Shown here piece by piece: positions 13,801-26,050 of a stretch of 64,000 bases of DNA. The notes under the pieces are model-generated. The model searched no databases. It saw only the letters and a list, made by a program, of their open reading frames with translations, and was not told the origin of the DNA. The stretch spans positions 7,998,001-8,062,000 of the forward strand of contig CATNEN010000029.1 of assembly GCA_950097015.1 (NCBI GenBank). The letters run 5' to 3'. Position 1 is the stretch's first letter. Every line of letters begins with the position of its first letter. Position numbers and translations under genes: made by a program. The DNA is from Macrostomum hystrix (lineage: Eukaryota > Animalia > Platyhelminthes).

Positions 13801-16800
13801 TTCCATCTGCTTCCCCTTAGCCTCCATTCCATCTGCTTCCCCTTAGCCTCCATTCCATCTGCTTCCCCTTAGCCTCCATTCCATCTGCTTCCCCTTAGCC
13901 TCCATTCCATCTGCTTCCCCTTAGCCTCCATTCAATCTGCTTCCCTTAGCCTCCATTTCATCTGCTTCCCCCTTAGCCTCCATTCAATCTGCTTCCCCTT
14001 AGCCTCCATTCCATCTGCTTCCCCTTAGCCTCCATTCCATCTGCTTCCCCTTAGCCTCCATTCCATCTGCTTCCCCTTAGCCTCCATTCAATCTGCTTCC
14101 CCTTAGCCTCCATTTCATCTGCTTCCCCCTTAGCCTCCATTCAATCTGCTTCCCCTTAGCCTCCATTCTATCTGCTTCCCCTTAGCCTCCATTCAATCTG
14201 CTTCCCCTTAGCCTCCATTCAATCTGCTTCCCCTTAGCCTCCATTCAATCTGCTTCCCCTTAGCCTCCATTCCATCTGCTTCCCCTTAGCCTCCATTCCA
14301 TCTGCTTCCCCTTAGCCTCCATTCCATCTGCTTCCCCTTAGCCTCCATTCCATCTGCTTCCCCTTAGCCTCCATTCCATCTGCTTCCCCTTAGCCTCCAT
14401 TCAATCTGCTTCCCCTTAGCCTCCATTCCATCTGCTTCCCCTTAGCCTCCATTCCATCTGCTTCCCCTTAGCCTCCATTCAATCTGCTTCCCCTTAGCCT
14501 CCATTCCATCTGCTTCCCCTTAGCCTCCATTCAATCTGCTTCCCCTTAGCCTCCATTCCATCTGCTTCCCCTTAGCCTCCATTCCATCTGCTTCCCCTTA
14601 GCCTCCATTCCATCTGCTTCCCCTTAGCCTCCATTCCGTCTGCTTCCCCTTAGCCTCCATTCCATCTGCTTCCCCTTAGCCTCCATTCCATCTACGAGTA
14701 CTTCGCCTTACCCATTTCAAATTTGAGTAATAGAAATTAGAAATTAGAAATTAGAAATTAGTAATTAGAAAAAAATCCGATTTAAAATAACCGCTAGCCA
14801 TTTCCACATTGACCGAAAAACCAGACACATAATCCGACCATCAAGCAACATATTGATAATCTTCGGATTACCAAAAGACCGCAATAAAAACGGATTTATC
14901 TACAAAGTCGAATACAATTCCTATTTAAAATTTTAGTAGCAATTTTAAGTGTTTATAAAAAACAGAATGAATTTTGAATTACGCTTTCTTCGAAAATGTC
15001 CATCATACACGTAGCTATAGGACAGTGACTTTGCCTGGACTTTTTCTGACGAATCTCGAAGCCTTGGCAACCAATTCCTCTCCAAGCCTACAAAAATGAC
15101 CAACTACTCAGACGAACAGAGCAACAGCAGCCCTGAGTAGGGATTGGGAACTAAGCAGGGAAGGATATATTAGTTTAAATCGGTGAGACGACATTCGGGG
15201 CTGGAAAGCTGGGAGAGCAAATTACTGGCAAGCCGGCCGGATTGGGATAAACTCGACGCGGCCCAAACAACACTCCAAGCTTCGGGGGTAAGAAAAAAGT
15301 ATACAGTAAAACTCCTCGGGCTTGGAAACAGGAAAGGCGTATAGAAAATGAGCGCATATTGAGTGGAAGGAACGGATAGCGAAGGAGAGAGAAAGTAGAA
15401 GAACTACGAAGACGCGAACCGAAGATGCAGCTTAATGAGCAACAAAATGAGAACGATTTGCAGTACTTGGCTCTCGTATTAATGCTGGAATAAGAGATCG
15501 CTTCAAAAGACTAGCTCTTCCTCAGCTGACTTCCTACACCAGTTTGGCCATGTTTCTGCGTTGCTGCTTACCGGTACCTTTTCATCTATTTACCACACCA
15601 TCTACCTACCTACCACTCCCTCTTCTCCCTATCTACCACTCCCTCTTCTCCCTATCTACCACTCCCTCTTCTCCCTATCTACCACTACCTCTTCTACCTA
15701 TCTACCACTCCCTCTTCTACCTATCTACCACTCCCTCTTCTACCTATCTACCACTTCCTCTTCTACCTATCTACCACTCCCTCTTCTACCTATCTACCAC
15801 TCCCTCTTCTACCTATCTACCACTCCCTCTTCTACCTATCTACCACTCCCTCTTCTACCTATCTACCACTCCCTCTTCTACCTATCTACCACTCCCTCTT
15901 CTACCTATCTACCACTCCCTCTTCTACCTATCTACCACTCCCTTTTCTACCTATCTACCACTCCCTCTTCTACCTATCTACCACTCCCTTTTCTACCTAT
16001 CTACCACTCTACCACGATCGATTAGATATCAACATATCTAATCTACCACTCCCTCTTCTACATATCTACCACTCCCTCTTCTACATATCTACCACTCCCT
16101 CCTCTCCCTATCTAACACGATCGATTAGATATCAACATATCTAATCTACCACTCCCTCTTCTACATATCTACCACTCCCTCTTCTACATATCTACCACTC
16201 CCTCCTCTCCCTATCTACCACGATCGATTAGATATCAACATATCTAATCTACCACTCCCTCTTCTACATATCTACCACTCCCTCTTCTACATATCTACCA
16301 CTCCCTCTTCTACATATCTGCCACTCCCTCCTCTCCCTATCTACCACGATCGATTAGATATCAACATATCTAATCTACCACTCCCTAATGACCTCTCTGT
16401 CCCAAATCTACGAGTACCTCTGTCAATCCCTCCATAGATGGTGTAAGACTCACTGGAAGAGCTGGTCGAGAATCCGACATAGCAGTCATTTCCGCACACT
16501 CGCCTGTGATCAAAGCATAGTTTGCCAATCTGAAATGAATAGGATGTAACATTTTTGTTAACATATTTTAATCCTCATTCGTAATGACGAACCCATATAG
16601 ATAGCTATCAGGAAAAGCGGAGGTATAATCGCCTAGAAGGAGTTACACGAAACACAGCTCTCAGAGATTGAAAGCCAGGCTAACCAATCAGAAAAACTGT
16701 TTCATTGATTAAAACTCGGTTCGGCGCCGAAAAGCACACAAGAACATGCGTCGGCAGCAGTAGGATTATCAGATAAAAGTCACACTAAAAAACGCTCCTT

Positions 16801-19800
16801 TGTGACATGATCCTAGAGTCTAGACCGAAACTATTATGCAACGTAGAAATTTAATTAATAGAATGCGAAACCGAAGCAGCGATGAGAAGTGCTTTGACGA
16901 TGTAGTGCAATCTGCGTTAATGCGGGCCAAGTCCAAAACGGGTGGATACAACCCTGCTGCGATTCTAACTACGGATCCTGCTACGATTCCAGCTGCGGAT
17001 TCTGCTGCGATTCCAGCTGCGGATCCTGCAGCGATTCTAGCTGCGGATCCTGAAGCGATTCTAGCTGCGGATCCTGCAGCGATTCTAGCTGCGGATAATG
17101 CTACGATTTTAGCTACGGATCCTGCTGCGATTCTAACTACGGATCCTGCTGCGATTCCAGCTGCGGATCCTGCTGCGATTCTAGCTGCGGATAATGCTGC
17201 GATTCTGAGCTTCGGATCCTGCTCAATTCTAGCTGCGGATCCTGTTTCGATTCCAGCTGCGGATCCTGCTGCGACTCTCACTAGGGATCATGCTGCGACT
17301 CTCACTAGGGATCCTGCTGCGATTCTAGCTTTGGATCCTGCTACGATTTTAGCTACGGATCCTGCTGCGATTCTAGCTACGGATCCTGTTGCGATTCTAG
17401 CTGCGGATCCTGCTGCGATTCTCACTAGGGATCTTGCTGCGATTCTAGCTACGGATCCTGCTACAATTCCAGCTGCGGATCCTGCTACGATTCCAGCTGC
17501 GGATCCTGCTGCGATTCCAGCTGCGGATCCTGCTACGATTCCAGCTGCGGATCCTGCTACGATTTTAACTACGGATCCCGCTACGGATACAATCTACTGA
17601 TATACAATGAGCACACACGCTGGACTCACCGTAGCTGTTTGAAACGGTCTCAGCAGCCTCGGATGCACCATCTCCACCCCGGCAGCCGGAGCCTCGCCTC
17701 CAACGGACTCGGACGGATCCAACGCAGAATACCAAGCGCCAGCTTGGCCAAGTGCATCCTGGCTTGGCTGAAAGTCAAAGTGAAACCTGGGATCCGGCGG
17801 TAGGAATTCTAAGCGCTGAAGGCGCACGGGCTCCGGGAAGCTGCTGTGGACGGACAGGCGTCGGCAAGCTGGCCTGCCCGGATAGCTGGACTCCAGCAGC
17901 GGCTTTGCCGGAATCGGCGTCAGGGCGCCGTCGGCGGTGCGCAGAATGTACTGCACAGTCTGGACCCAGGGGCCGCGCTCCGATGTACGAATCGACAACT
18001 CGTCGACGATAACGCCGTAGAAATCAGTCGGCGGACGCACCGTCAGGCGGTAGGCAGCCGACTCGCCCGGATCCAGACGCCAACGCTGATGACCTCCCGG
18101 ATTGTCGATACGCCGCAGCTGGGCTAGGGAGCTGTGCGCCGACACAGACTCCAAGGAAACTGGCAGCGGATTGTCAGTTGCGCAGCGAGAACTCCAACGA
18201 GGTGGACGCGTCGTTGGCCACAGTGCCGAGATCAAGTGTACCCGGCTCCGACTGCGGGCGGCTCGGCAGCAGGGTGAGTAGGCCGGTGTACAGAAACACG
18301 GGCAGGCTGACAGACGTGGCGTTGCTGCGCACAATCAGGTGCAATTCGGCCTGCCTGCCTGCGGCGGCGCTGACGTTCAAGCGAAGCCGAAACAGCGCCC
18401 GAGTCTCGCCGGGTTGAATCAAAGCCGGGGTGCTGAAATTCACCACTGACAGAAGATCAGCAGCAGCTGGCGGCATTTCAACTCCGGTGACAGCCACCGG
18501 CTGGTCGAATGAATTCTTCAACGGCACCGGACGGCCTTCGACGGCGTCGGGGGCAGTCATCGAGTGGACGCCGCCGGTGCCAGTGTTGAATCTGGTGGCA
18601 TTTTCAGCGTGCGCCAAAGTGCCGTGCAACAGGTTGGCCTCGTATGGCACCGAAAGCAGAGCGCTGCCGTTCGCACCGCGGAGGATAATCTGGCAAGTTA
18701 AATCGGAATTCAGGACGCTTATCTAGATCCCCCAACCATAGGAACAAGGAAACTCCAACCAAGGGGGCTTCGGATTTCTTACTAATAGGTCGGGAGTTCG
18801 ACACTCAGCCCAGAAGAAGCTATTTGTGTCCCTGAGCAAGACACTATTCAGCTTGGGTAGATATACGTATATTGTATAGGGTGTGGCGACGGACTGGACG
18901 AGTAATATGTATTATTACGAGCGTCTCGTATATTGTAATGATTATAATAATTGCAGGAGGGCTGTGGGCAATGGCACATCATTTGGTGGCACTAGACCCG
19001 CAGCCAGCGAGGAGGCAATTCTGCCCCCCATTTCGCTGACTCCTGAGCACACACGCACACAGATACTGTACGCAGGCACACACTCACACAAGTGTGTACA
19101 TCTGCCCTGACTTGCTCATTGTCAGGCAGTGTATGCTCTCCAGGGCCTTGGATTTTGGAATCGATCTCAGGGACCTGGGTGCGAGAGGCAAACGCGTTAG
19201 ACCGCTCTGCCACTCACCCCCTACCTATACATAAGAACACTGAAGATGGATTACAGAAGCATTCTAAACAATATGCTTACATTGCCGGCCCAGTTAAGCC
19301 GCCGATCTTGAATCCGGCTTGGATCGAAGGTCACAATGGCCACAGGCGTCTCCCTAGTAGCGCCTGGCAGCACCTGAACTGACCGGAATTGCAGCCGCAC
19401 GGCAGCATTGGGCGAGTCCAGCTCCAGAGCGGACACGAGAATCGGCTCCGAGTGCAGGCTGGTCACCCGTAGCTGCAGCTGCCGCTCCGCATCTCCGGAC
19501 AGAATCTGGCCGAAGTGCAGCCTGTCCGAACAGGCGTACAGTCCGGGCTGGCCGGAAACCTGCACCTGGACTGGCAGCACTAGGCCGGGCCCGCCTAAGC
19601 TGGTACGCAGCCGGACAAACGCCGTGTGATTGGCGGGCGACCGGCCTATTAGTCGCAGCCGCATCAGGGTGCGCGTCTCGTACGGCGGAATTCGCCACAA
19701 CTGCTCGCCCGCTTCCGCCGACGTCGCCGCCGCCGCCTTAGCTGACGCTGACGACGACGCCGAAGACGATTCCGACGACGCAGAAGTTGACGCTGACAAT

Positions 19801-22800
19801 AAGCTAGATGGTGCTGAAGAATCGACTGGCAGTTCAAGGTGAAGATCGGCGCTACTGCTGAACATTTCAGTCACCTGAAAGTTGGTTGGTTGAGCGGTTG
19901 GATAATGATGGACTGTGTTGGATAATGATGGACTGGGTTGGATAATAATGGACTGGGTTGGATAATAATGGACTGTGTTGGATAATGATGGACTGTGCTG
20001 GATAATGATGGACTGTGTTTGATAATGATGGACTGGGTTGGATAATGATGGACTGTGCTGGATAATGATGGACTGTGTTTGATAATGATGGACTGGGTTG
20101 GATAATGATGGACTGTGTTGGAAAATGATGGACTGTGTTGGATATTGATGGACTGGGTTGGATAATGATGGCTGGGTTGGATAATAATACACTGTGCTGG
20201 ATAATGATGGACTGTATTTGATAATGATGGACTGGGTTAGATAATGATGGACTGTGTTGGATAATGATAGACTGGGTTGGATAATCATGGAATGTGTTGG
20301 ATAATGATGGACTGGCTGGGATACCGAAGGTCAGGGTAAAAGCCGAGATGTCTCACCTGCAGCGGCTCAGAGTGAGGATTGTAGAGCTGCAGGCTTGGCG
20401 CAAAGCTGGAATTCAGTGGAATGCGCGCGCCCAACATAGCTCGAACCCTGTAGGGACTGGGCAGGCCAATGCCGAACACTTGGTAGCGATGATGGCCCGC
20501 CGAGGTGCGAATGTACAGTGTGTTCTCCGTGGCACCAACTCTAGTCGCCAGGAACACCACATCGAATGTGGCATTGCCGCCTGGCTGAACCCTCTGTTTG
20601 CGGCGAGGTGCGAGTTTGGTCAGCTTTGAGCACACCTGTAACTTAATATACTATATATGGTAACTATAGATCACACCTGCAAATCTAGATTGTGACAATC
20701 AGCCAATTAGATCACACCTGCAAATCTAAATTGTGACAATCAGCCAATTAGATCACACCTGCAACTCTAAATTGTGACAATCAGCCAATTAGATCACACC
20801 TGCAAATCTAGATTGTGACAATCAGCCAAGTAGATCACACCTGAAACTCTAGATTGTGACAATCAGCCAATTGGATCACACCTGCAACTCTAGATTGTGA
20901 CAATCAGCCAATTAGATCACACCTGCAAATCTAGATTGTGACAATCAGCCAAGTAGATCACACCTGAAACTCTAGATTGTGACAATCAGCCAATTGGATC
21001 ACACCTGCAACTCTAGATTGTGACAATCAGCCAATTAGATCACACTTGCAACTCTAGATTGTGAAAATCAGCCAATTAGATCACACCTGCAACTCTAGAT
21101 TGTGACAACCAGCCAATTAGATCACACCTGCAACTCTAGATTGTGACAACCAGCCAATTAGATCACACCTTGCAACTCTAGATTGTGACAATCAGCCAAT
21201 TAGATCACACCTGCAACTCTAGATTGTGACAACCAGCCAATTAGATCACACTTGCAACTCTAGATTGTGACAATTAGCCAATTAGATCACACCTGCAACT
21301 CTAGATTGTGACAACCAGCCAATTAGATCACACCTGCAACTCTAGATTGTGACAATCAGCCAATTAGATCACACCTGCAACTCTAGATTGTGACAATCAG
21401 CCAATTAGATCACACCTGCAACTCTAGATTGTGAAAACTATGGTCGAGTAAATATATTAGGGTAATAACTTTAGTGGGTAAAAACCTTAATTAAATCTAC
21501 AGAATTTAGTACAAACCCTTAAAACGGCTTTTAAATTTTAGTCGTTCAAACAATTTAATGAATGCACCACAGGGCAATCAACAAATTGATACCGAGATAG
21601 CAATTTTAATGTACAAAAACAACACAAGATGGTCATAAAATGACTGGGCAGCGAAATAATATACAGCTTTTTTATCAACACCCACGGACCACACGCGTTA
21701 GGGCAGGCTAGAAATTTATTGTTTCAAACAGTCATCAGCGTTTCCCGAAGCAAAAAAACGAAAACCCCCAAAAATTAGAATTTCTAATAAGCCAGTTGCG
21801 TGTCCAATCTCTCTCTAGATTATAAGAGAGATAGAATCTCTATATGCAAGGATACCAAACAACCCAGACCATAAAAAGCTGATGTAATTGTCAACAAGCT
21901 CAAAATAATCATCATCCTTATGACTTACGAGTTACTACATAGTTCTCCATTTAATAAGTATTAGAAAAATAACATACGCTCGTTGAGGTATTTACTATAT
22001 TACTACCTCGTAATACAGAATCACAAAAGAGCCATTTTTACTGACACAAGGCGATAGACAGTATGAATAATAAATTCGGAATTCAAACCGTTGAATACAT
22101 TATTAATATGAAAACTACCACCTCTCTACGGGTCATTCAATACAGTCCCTACGGGTCATTCAATACAGTTCCCTACGGGTCTTTCAAGGCAGTTCCAACG
22201 GGTCATTCAAAACAGTTCCTACGGGTCATTCAATACAGTTCCTACGGGTCATTCAATACAGTCCCTACGGGTCATTCAATACAGTTCCTACGGGTCATTC
22301 AATACAGTACCCTATGGGTCATTCAATACAGTCCCTACGGGTCATTCAATACAGTTCCTACGGGTCATTCAATACAGTTCCCTATGGGTCATTCAATACA
22401 GTCCCTACGGGTCATTCAATACAGTTCCCTACGGGTCATTCAATACAGTTCCCTATGGGTCATTCAATACAGTCCCTACGGGTCATTCAATACAGTTCCT
22501 ACGGGTCATTCAATACAGTTCCTACGGGTCATTCAATACAGTTCCTACGGGTCATTCAATACAGTCCCTACGGGTCATACAGTTCCTATGGGTCATTCAA
22601 TACAGTTCCCTATGGGTCATTCAATACAGTCCCTACGGGTCATTCAATACAGTTCCTACGGGTCATTCAATACAGTTCCCTATGGGTCATTCAAGACAGT
22701 TCCTACGGTTCATTCAAGACATTTCCTATGGGTCATTCAATACAGTTCCTACGGTTCATTCAATACAGTTCCCTACGGGTCATTCAATACAGTTCGTATG

Positions 22801-24578
22801 GGTCATTCAAGACAGTTCCTATGGGTCATTCAATACAGTTCCTACGGTTCATTCAAGACAGTTCCCTACGGGTCATTCAATACAGTTCCAACGGGTCATT
22901 CAATACAGCTCCTACGGGTCATTCAATACAGTTCCCTACGGGTCTTTCAAGGCAGTTCCAACGGGTCATTCAAAACAGTTCCTACGGGTCATTCAATACA
23001 GTCCCTACGTGTCATTCAATACAGTTCCCTACGGGTCATTCAATACAGTTCGTATGGGTCATTCAATACAGTTCCTACGGGTCATTCAATACAGTTCCCT
23101 ACGGGTCATTCAATACAGTTCCCTACAAGTCATTCAATACAGTTCCTACGGGTCATTCAATACAGTTCCTACGGGTCATTCAATACAGTTCCTACGGGTC
23201 ATTCAAGACAGTTCCCTACGGGTCATTCAATACAGTTCCATACGGGTCATTCAATGACAGTTCTCTTTACTTTACTGTTACTGTTAACGGTTCTTGAATC
23301 CATTTTCAGTAAGACTTGCCTAACTAACCTAATTGAAATCGAAGATCTATCAATCAACCTGTTGGTATCCTCCTAGACTATGGCAAGCTTGAGATGATAT
23401 CAAATGCAAAATAGGAGAAGTTAGTTAACTATCGGATTTCAATTTAAGTTGGAAGCATAAAAAACACTATCTTAAATGAATCGGACATCAACCCAACTGT
23501 AAGTATGCGAAATAGCATTAAAAACTAAATTACCTCAGTTTTGAAGAATGAGCAGTGAAAGTGGGGCGCTGTTGATGATATGGACAACAATTGCAATGGC
23601 TCGCTGCTGTGCGAGTTGATCAGGGTCACCTGCTTCAGGTGCGGCTCTCCAATCGGACTGCAATATCACATTTTAGTATATTCCAATGAGTTTGACTTTT
23701 CCATGAACTCGCCTTCAAAGAGAGTCATCATTTAATGTACTATTATACATATGAAACTATCCCCTATATTTGCCCAATTAGGGATAGCTATTTGGTATGC
23801 AACGTATGTCTTGCATTTTCTATTAATCAATTCTTTTAAATCTCTAATGCCACATTCAGGATGTTAACTCTTTTCCAAAGGAGTAATAACTTATTATGCA
23901 TTTAACTGTAATTAAATATTTTTTAAGATTTTAATTGAATTGATGTTATAAAGATCTTGCAAATGTGAAAAGATAAAACAAAACACATGACTTACTGCTC
24001 TTTGAAGTCCAAAAATGGTGGTTCAAAACGAACATGACTGGCTGGCAGCTTCGATCTTGGACTGCTAAAAACAAATGGAGTAAAACACAATACTATGCAG
24101 CTTCGAATTTTATGGGTTTTCAACTGTGACAAAATATGTTGCATTGAAAGCTTACCTTAATGCTGACAATATATCTGATGAAAACTCGCCCCTACCAAAT
24201 GCGCAGAGATCCAAGAGCTGACTAGTTTGAAAGAACTCTACAAAAAAATAATTTAAGATAACTATAAATTATAAATTAATAAATTAATTTGTATTGTTAC
24301 ACAATTAAAATTTCAGTGTGAATATGGAAAACTGTAAGGAATAAAGTAGTATGCTTTTTTAAATGCTTTGATTTATCAATTATGATCAAATGCCTTAATT
24401 TTATAAAAAATATTTGCAGCTTATCATATTAAGTAGATAGAAAACAACTAAATACAAACTAATATATTGACTTTATTTTAGCATACCTTGGGAAGAGTAC
24501 TTCTGTTTAGGATGCGCAACAAAACAATGACTCTAGAAAGAAAAGAAGCGCAAAATAAATTGCAGCAGTCTTACACAT
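4884..24578 (-). CDS. TMEM131: Transmembrane protein 131 (TMEM131) family, multi-exon
   Basis: Phase-consistent exons, 5'->3': 24487-24578 (or -24532), 24156-24237, 23996-24064, 23534-23657, 20357-20593, 19281-19874, 17630-18689, 16454-16529, 12852-13129, 10264-11737, 8430-8749, 5680-5836, 4884-5563. Family motifs recognised: VRFEPPFLDFKEHPIGEPHLKQVTLIN, PGGNATFDVVFLATRVG, YRVRAMLGARIPLNSSF, EMFSSSADLHLELP, CGNDCYVGF, LAWPSL, LVLENPTDQPV, FLLRNNLTGLE. A TM segment (LVGAMLAAALWAIMSACV) is followed by a low-complexity Q-rich tail. Frameshift at 18176. Confidence 0.9.
5955..6486. repeat. Intronic minisatellite, 20-bp unit GAGTGACAGAAGGAGAAGCG
   Basis: ~26 tandem copies. Confidence 0.95.
7133..8395. 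repeat. Intronic minisatellite, 20-bp TATCGTGTCTAACAGGTAGT grading into 21-bp AGTTAGATATCGTGTTTCCTC
   Basis: Tandem array visible; unit changes after ~8100. Confidence 0.95.
9773..10216. repeat. Intronic minisatellite, 30-bp GGGATGGCCACAGGACAACTGAAGAGTCAG
   Basis: ~14.5 near-identical copies. Confidence 0.95.
12279..12808. repeat. Intronic minisatellite, 20-bp AGAGGAGACAGGTGAGGCAG
   Basis: ~26 copies. Confidence 0.95.
13226..14693. repeat. Intronic minisatellite, 26-bp CCATTCCATCTGCTTCCCCTTAGCCT
   Basis: ~56 copies. Confidence 0.95.
15588..16386. repeat. Intronic minisatellite, 23-bp CTCCCTCTTCTACCTATCTACCA with a higher-order right half
   Basis: Tandem array; a 28-bp insert recurs four times from ~16015. 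Confidence 0.95.
16953..17588. repeat. Intronic minisatellite, 24-bp GCTGCGGATCCTGCTGCGATTCTA
   Basis: ~26 diverged copies. Confidence 0.95.
18785..18905 (+). mobile_element. Degenerate SINE related to family B
   Basis: GGTCGGGAGTTCGACACTC (B-box-like), GTGTCCCTGAGCAAGACACT core and GGGTGTGGCG segment. Confidence 0.45.
19158..19221 (-). mobile_element. tRNA-derived SINE family A, head only
   Basis: gggacctgggtgcgagaggcaaacgcgttagaccgctctgccactcaccccc matches the head of the other two copies. Confidence 0.65.
19899..20310. repeat. Intronic minisatellite, 20-bp GATAATGATGGACTGTGTTG
   Basis: ~20 copies filling most of a 482-bp intron. Confidence 0.95.
20667..21435. repeat. Intronic minisatellite, 41-bp TAGATCACACCTGCAACTCTAGATTGTGACAATCAGCCAAT
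   Basis: ~19 copies. Confidence 0.95.
22122..23260. repeat. Intronic minisatellite, 22/23-bp ACGGGTCATTCAATACAGTTCC(C)T
   Basis: ~50 copies. Confidence 0.95.
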
Positions 24579-26050
24579 CACTATATTTTTTCTTTGAACT
24601 ACGGAAGTAAAGTAATGGGTATAGCTAATAGGGGCTAGCAAAGATTTATTAACACCGTTTCAGTGTGTTGATGATGTTCTAAGCAGCTTGTCATAAGCAG
24701 CTTCAAATACTGCTTGTTAGTAGCCTTATTCTACTTAACAGTTAAAAAAGTATTAATAAAAAATAGTCGTTGACTGCGAGGTTAAGAAACATAAGGGTTA
24801 GAAACTAACCAATATAAGTCAACTTTGAAAATATAAACGATACGAACAAATTTCTAGGCTTAAGTAGCAGGCAAGGCTTTGTTAGACTTCCTTTCCTGAA
24901 GTTTATTTCTGATCAAGTTTGTTTCTAACCAACAGTTTAATATAAACCGAGCCGCGGATCTTCAATGTCTGTATTGATCTCTCCCTGACGGCCCTGTAAT
25001 TCATTTCTAATCATTTCGCAAATTAAAAATGTACGGCATGCTGTTTCTAAGAGTAACGTCGTTTAAAACGATAAATTGGCTAGGAGGCACGATAACAAAA
25101 AATCGGGAGCATACACTAGCATATATAGAACAGACGGACGTCAATAGGGTAGTTTAAATGAGTGGAACTTATCTTAAAGTGACTCTAAGAATACGTTTTT
25201 AGCTAAGATAGCTTAAATTAAGCTGCTGATAGCGTTGTTTAAAGAAAATGTAGCTCATCTCGTGAAATTAGCTTTTAAATACGCTCGTTCAAATGCGAAT
25301 GCTTTAGAAACATTTTGAAATCTTTCTAAATCGTTAATCAGTTAAGAAAATTTTCTTGCATATAGATTTTTAAGAGTTAAAGATCGTATCCAGTTCTTAT
25401 AATTCCACTATTTCACTATTATTAAGTTTGAGAGACTTGTTCAGTTAAATAGTCAGGATCCGAATCAAAATTGAGATATATGAACACGCTTAAACACGTA
25501 ATTAAAATGTAATTTACGCTAACTTGCAGAAAAAAAAAGTGGACGAAAAAATCTAGCAGATTTAGGCGTCGGACCTAGCTGTTCTATATAATTTTTATAA
25601 TGCTTACATTGTTCTAAAATATCGGCATGATTTTTAATTCGCAGTATATAGACATGTAAGACAAGTATTCATGTCTATACGCTACATTTAAGTGATTACA
25701 TACGATTTTCCTCTTGTAGTCAGTCATTAATATAAAATTACTTTTTTCTTTGTGGGCGCCCACAAGTTTCGACCTTTACTAATAGAAATATTCTATTAAT
25801 TATAAGATTATATCGGACTAGAAAAGTTAGGAAATCCAAAATAACTGCACGGATCAAGTACTCGTAATTTAGAATTCTACTTGCACAACTATCTATGGCC
25901 GTATCATATTACTTGGTAAAAATACCAGCTAGCATATATAGAACTGATGAGTGATGATCTTGTGTTTCATGATGCAATCGAGTGTTACGACCGGAGGCTA
26001 GTTTATAGAGCGAGAAAAATAAAGCAAAACGGAACAAAAAATATAACGGC

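Noticed and set aside
10387-19842. Plus-strand and alternative-frame ORFs over GC-rich exons (e.g. 10719-11069, 11094-11450, 17752-18127, 19408-19842)
   Set aside because: They are shadows of TMEM131 coding sequence caused by stop-poor GC-rich DNA.
20594-20635. Alternative upstream acceptor extending a TMEM131 exon by 14 codons
   Set aside because: It is in frame but the shorter form fits the family spacing (FKTE-RVQPGG) better; it cannot be excluded without RNA data.
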